A DNA stretch of 63,239 bases, filler included, from Reclinomonas americana ATCC 50394 (taxonomy: Eukaryota): assembly GCA_048213135.1 (NCBI GenBank). It is 7 parts of 7 records of this genome, joined end to end, with 100 filler letters (N's around TTAATTAATTAA, not from the genome) between each part and the next. Parts side by side here need not be neighbours in the genome. Positions count along the whole stretch, not along the records: positions 61,713 to 63,239 come from AFZH01017588.1; 6 more parts are not named here. The stretch is one strand, 5' to 3'. Under the pieces are notes generated by a model. That model ran no database searches and was not told the origin of the DNA. It saw nothing but the letters and a program-made list of their open reading frames with translations. Both the position numbers and the translations under genes were made by a program. Numbering within the stretch: position 1 is the first letter of the stretch; every line of letters begins with the position of its first letter. This document shows positions 61,791 through 63,239 of the stretch, piece by piece.

Positions 61791-63078
61791 CTTTTCATGC
61801 GCATCTCTCTGTCTTTCTCTTTCTCTCTTCTCTCTCTTACCATTATAAAGAACGAGTCGCCGGCGGCTGCGGTGGCGAGTCGCGTGGCCATCGCTGACAG
61901 AGTGACTCTCTCTGTGAGAGAGAGTGCGACACAACAGAGAGAGTGTTAGTTTGGAGATGATGTGTTGCAACGGTGCATTGAGTGTGACACGTGCATGCAT
62001 ACACAAGACACATAGTGAGAGACACAGGCACACACACAGCAGGCAACACGCTGCTCTCTGTGCCTTTCTCACACACAACACATACACACAGTCACAAGCG
62101 CGCCTGTTTCTCTCTCTCGCTCACTCTGTACACTTGTCACTCTCTCTCACACACACAATGGGAGAACGTGCACACACACACGCACTCTGTCTGTGTGTGT
62201 CTGTGTGTGCAAAGGTGCGGGTGCGAAATGCCCAACCGCACACTCACTTGGGCGCGCGCGCTCACCTTCTTCTCTCTCTCTCTCTTTTTTGTGTCACACA
62301 CGCGCTGTCTCTTAAAAACGCAAACAACAACAACAACAACAATAGAGAGAGAATACAAACAAGAGAAAGATGCGCTTTTCAAGGAGAGTCTTTCTCTTCT
62401 CTTTTCTCGATCGCCGAATGAGAAAGTACAAGGCTCGCGCGCGCCAAAACGTCGACCTTTCTCCTCTCTCTTCTTTCTCTTTGTTTGTCTCTGTTCCTGT
62501 GAGTACCTTTTGTTGTTTGATGTGGCAGCGCGGCGTAACCGAGGCGAAAATGATTTCTTTTCTTTTTTGTGCTTGTGTGAAACCGACTTCGCGACCCAAT
62601 CCGGCAAAACTCTTTGCCGGACAAATGTGATTGGCGGTGATATCGAGCGGTGATTGGATGAGAGGGTATGGGAGAGCGGATAGTTCTGCGCGTGGGAGAA
62701 CGGGGGCTGTATGATGAGAAGCAAGGCAGAAATGAATTTGACATCGTAAAAACAAGAAACTGCAAGTGCAAGAGAAAGCCAAAGTGCTGAAGGTTCTGGA
62801 GCACGAGAAGCTAGCACTGGACGTACTGTTCAAGCAGAGATTGGATAAGAAGGCAATGGCGAAGGCATTTGCAGCTGCTGGACGGAGGAGGATCAAAAGC
62901 CCGACGTACTTCGGAAACACGAATCCGGACCCTTTTCATCATTAGCAGGCGTATCTCAGCGCAATTATTATTAGCGATCTCCTGCCAAGGGCCAAGGGAG
63001 CGGAGGACGAAGCTGTTCGAAGTCAACTCCGGCGCGTGTTCGGTTCGCTGCGACTTTTGTCAGACGCGAAAAGCAGAC

Positions 63079-63139
<61 letters not shown>

Positions 63140-63239
63140 GAGTACGAGTGTACGTAGTCGTCGTCGTCGTCGTCGTCGTACGTACGTACGGTACGGTAGG
63201 TACGGTAGGTACGGTAGGTAAGGAAGGAAGGAGGACGGA

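Noticed and set aside
60400..63080. Short ORFs near the window end, including a Lys-rich stretch at about 62750-63080
   Set aside because: No recognisable motif or consistent exon chain, and dominated by CA/GA/CT repeats; not enough support for a call.

Overview
Intron-rich, gene-dense nuclear DNA from a eukaryotic microbe. It is probably an aerobic, flagellated heterotrophic protist, but the species cannot be named from this window. Seven contigs are joined by artificial N-TTAATTAATTAA-N linkers. Genes I reconstructed by hand-splicing: p24/TMED, IFTAP-like, NAR1, an unknown WD40-like protein, a bacterial-type secreted transglutaminase-like protein, a triple-YbjQ protein, mitochondrial fumarase, a SHOC1/ZIP2-like meiotic protein, a coiled-coil (CCDC15-like?) protein, NOL10, a Lines homolog, an intronless WD40 protein, tRNA-Glu(CTC), a macrodomain...DH-PH protein, two LRR proteins, a Crinkler-type NTPase/nuclease with a mitochondrial-type presequence, mitochondrial ValRS, a divergent NMT-like acyltransferase, a VIT1/Ccc1 transporter and an NLR-like STAND-TPR protein. 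The clearest unexplained pattern is a recurrent non-consensus 5' splice-site class, H|GTTGCG, that lacks +5G and in every case examined follows a non-G exon end (about a dozen introns, most fixed by protein homology or reading frame). Gene identities come from recalled motifs, not database searches, and exon coordinates are manual.
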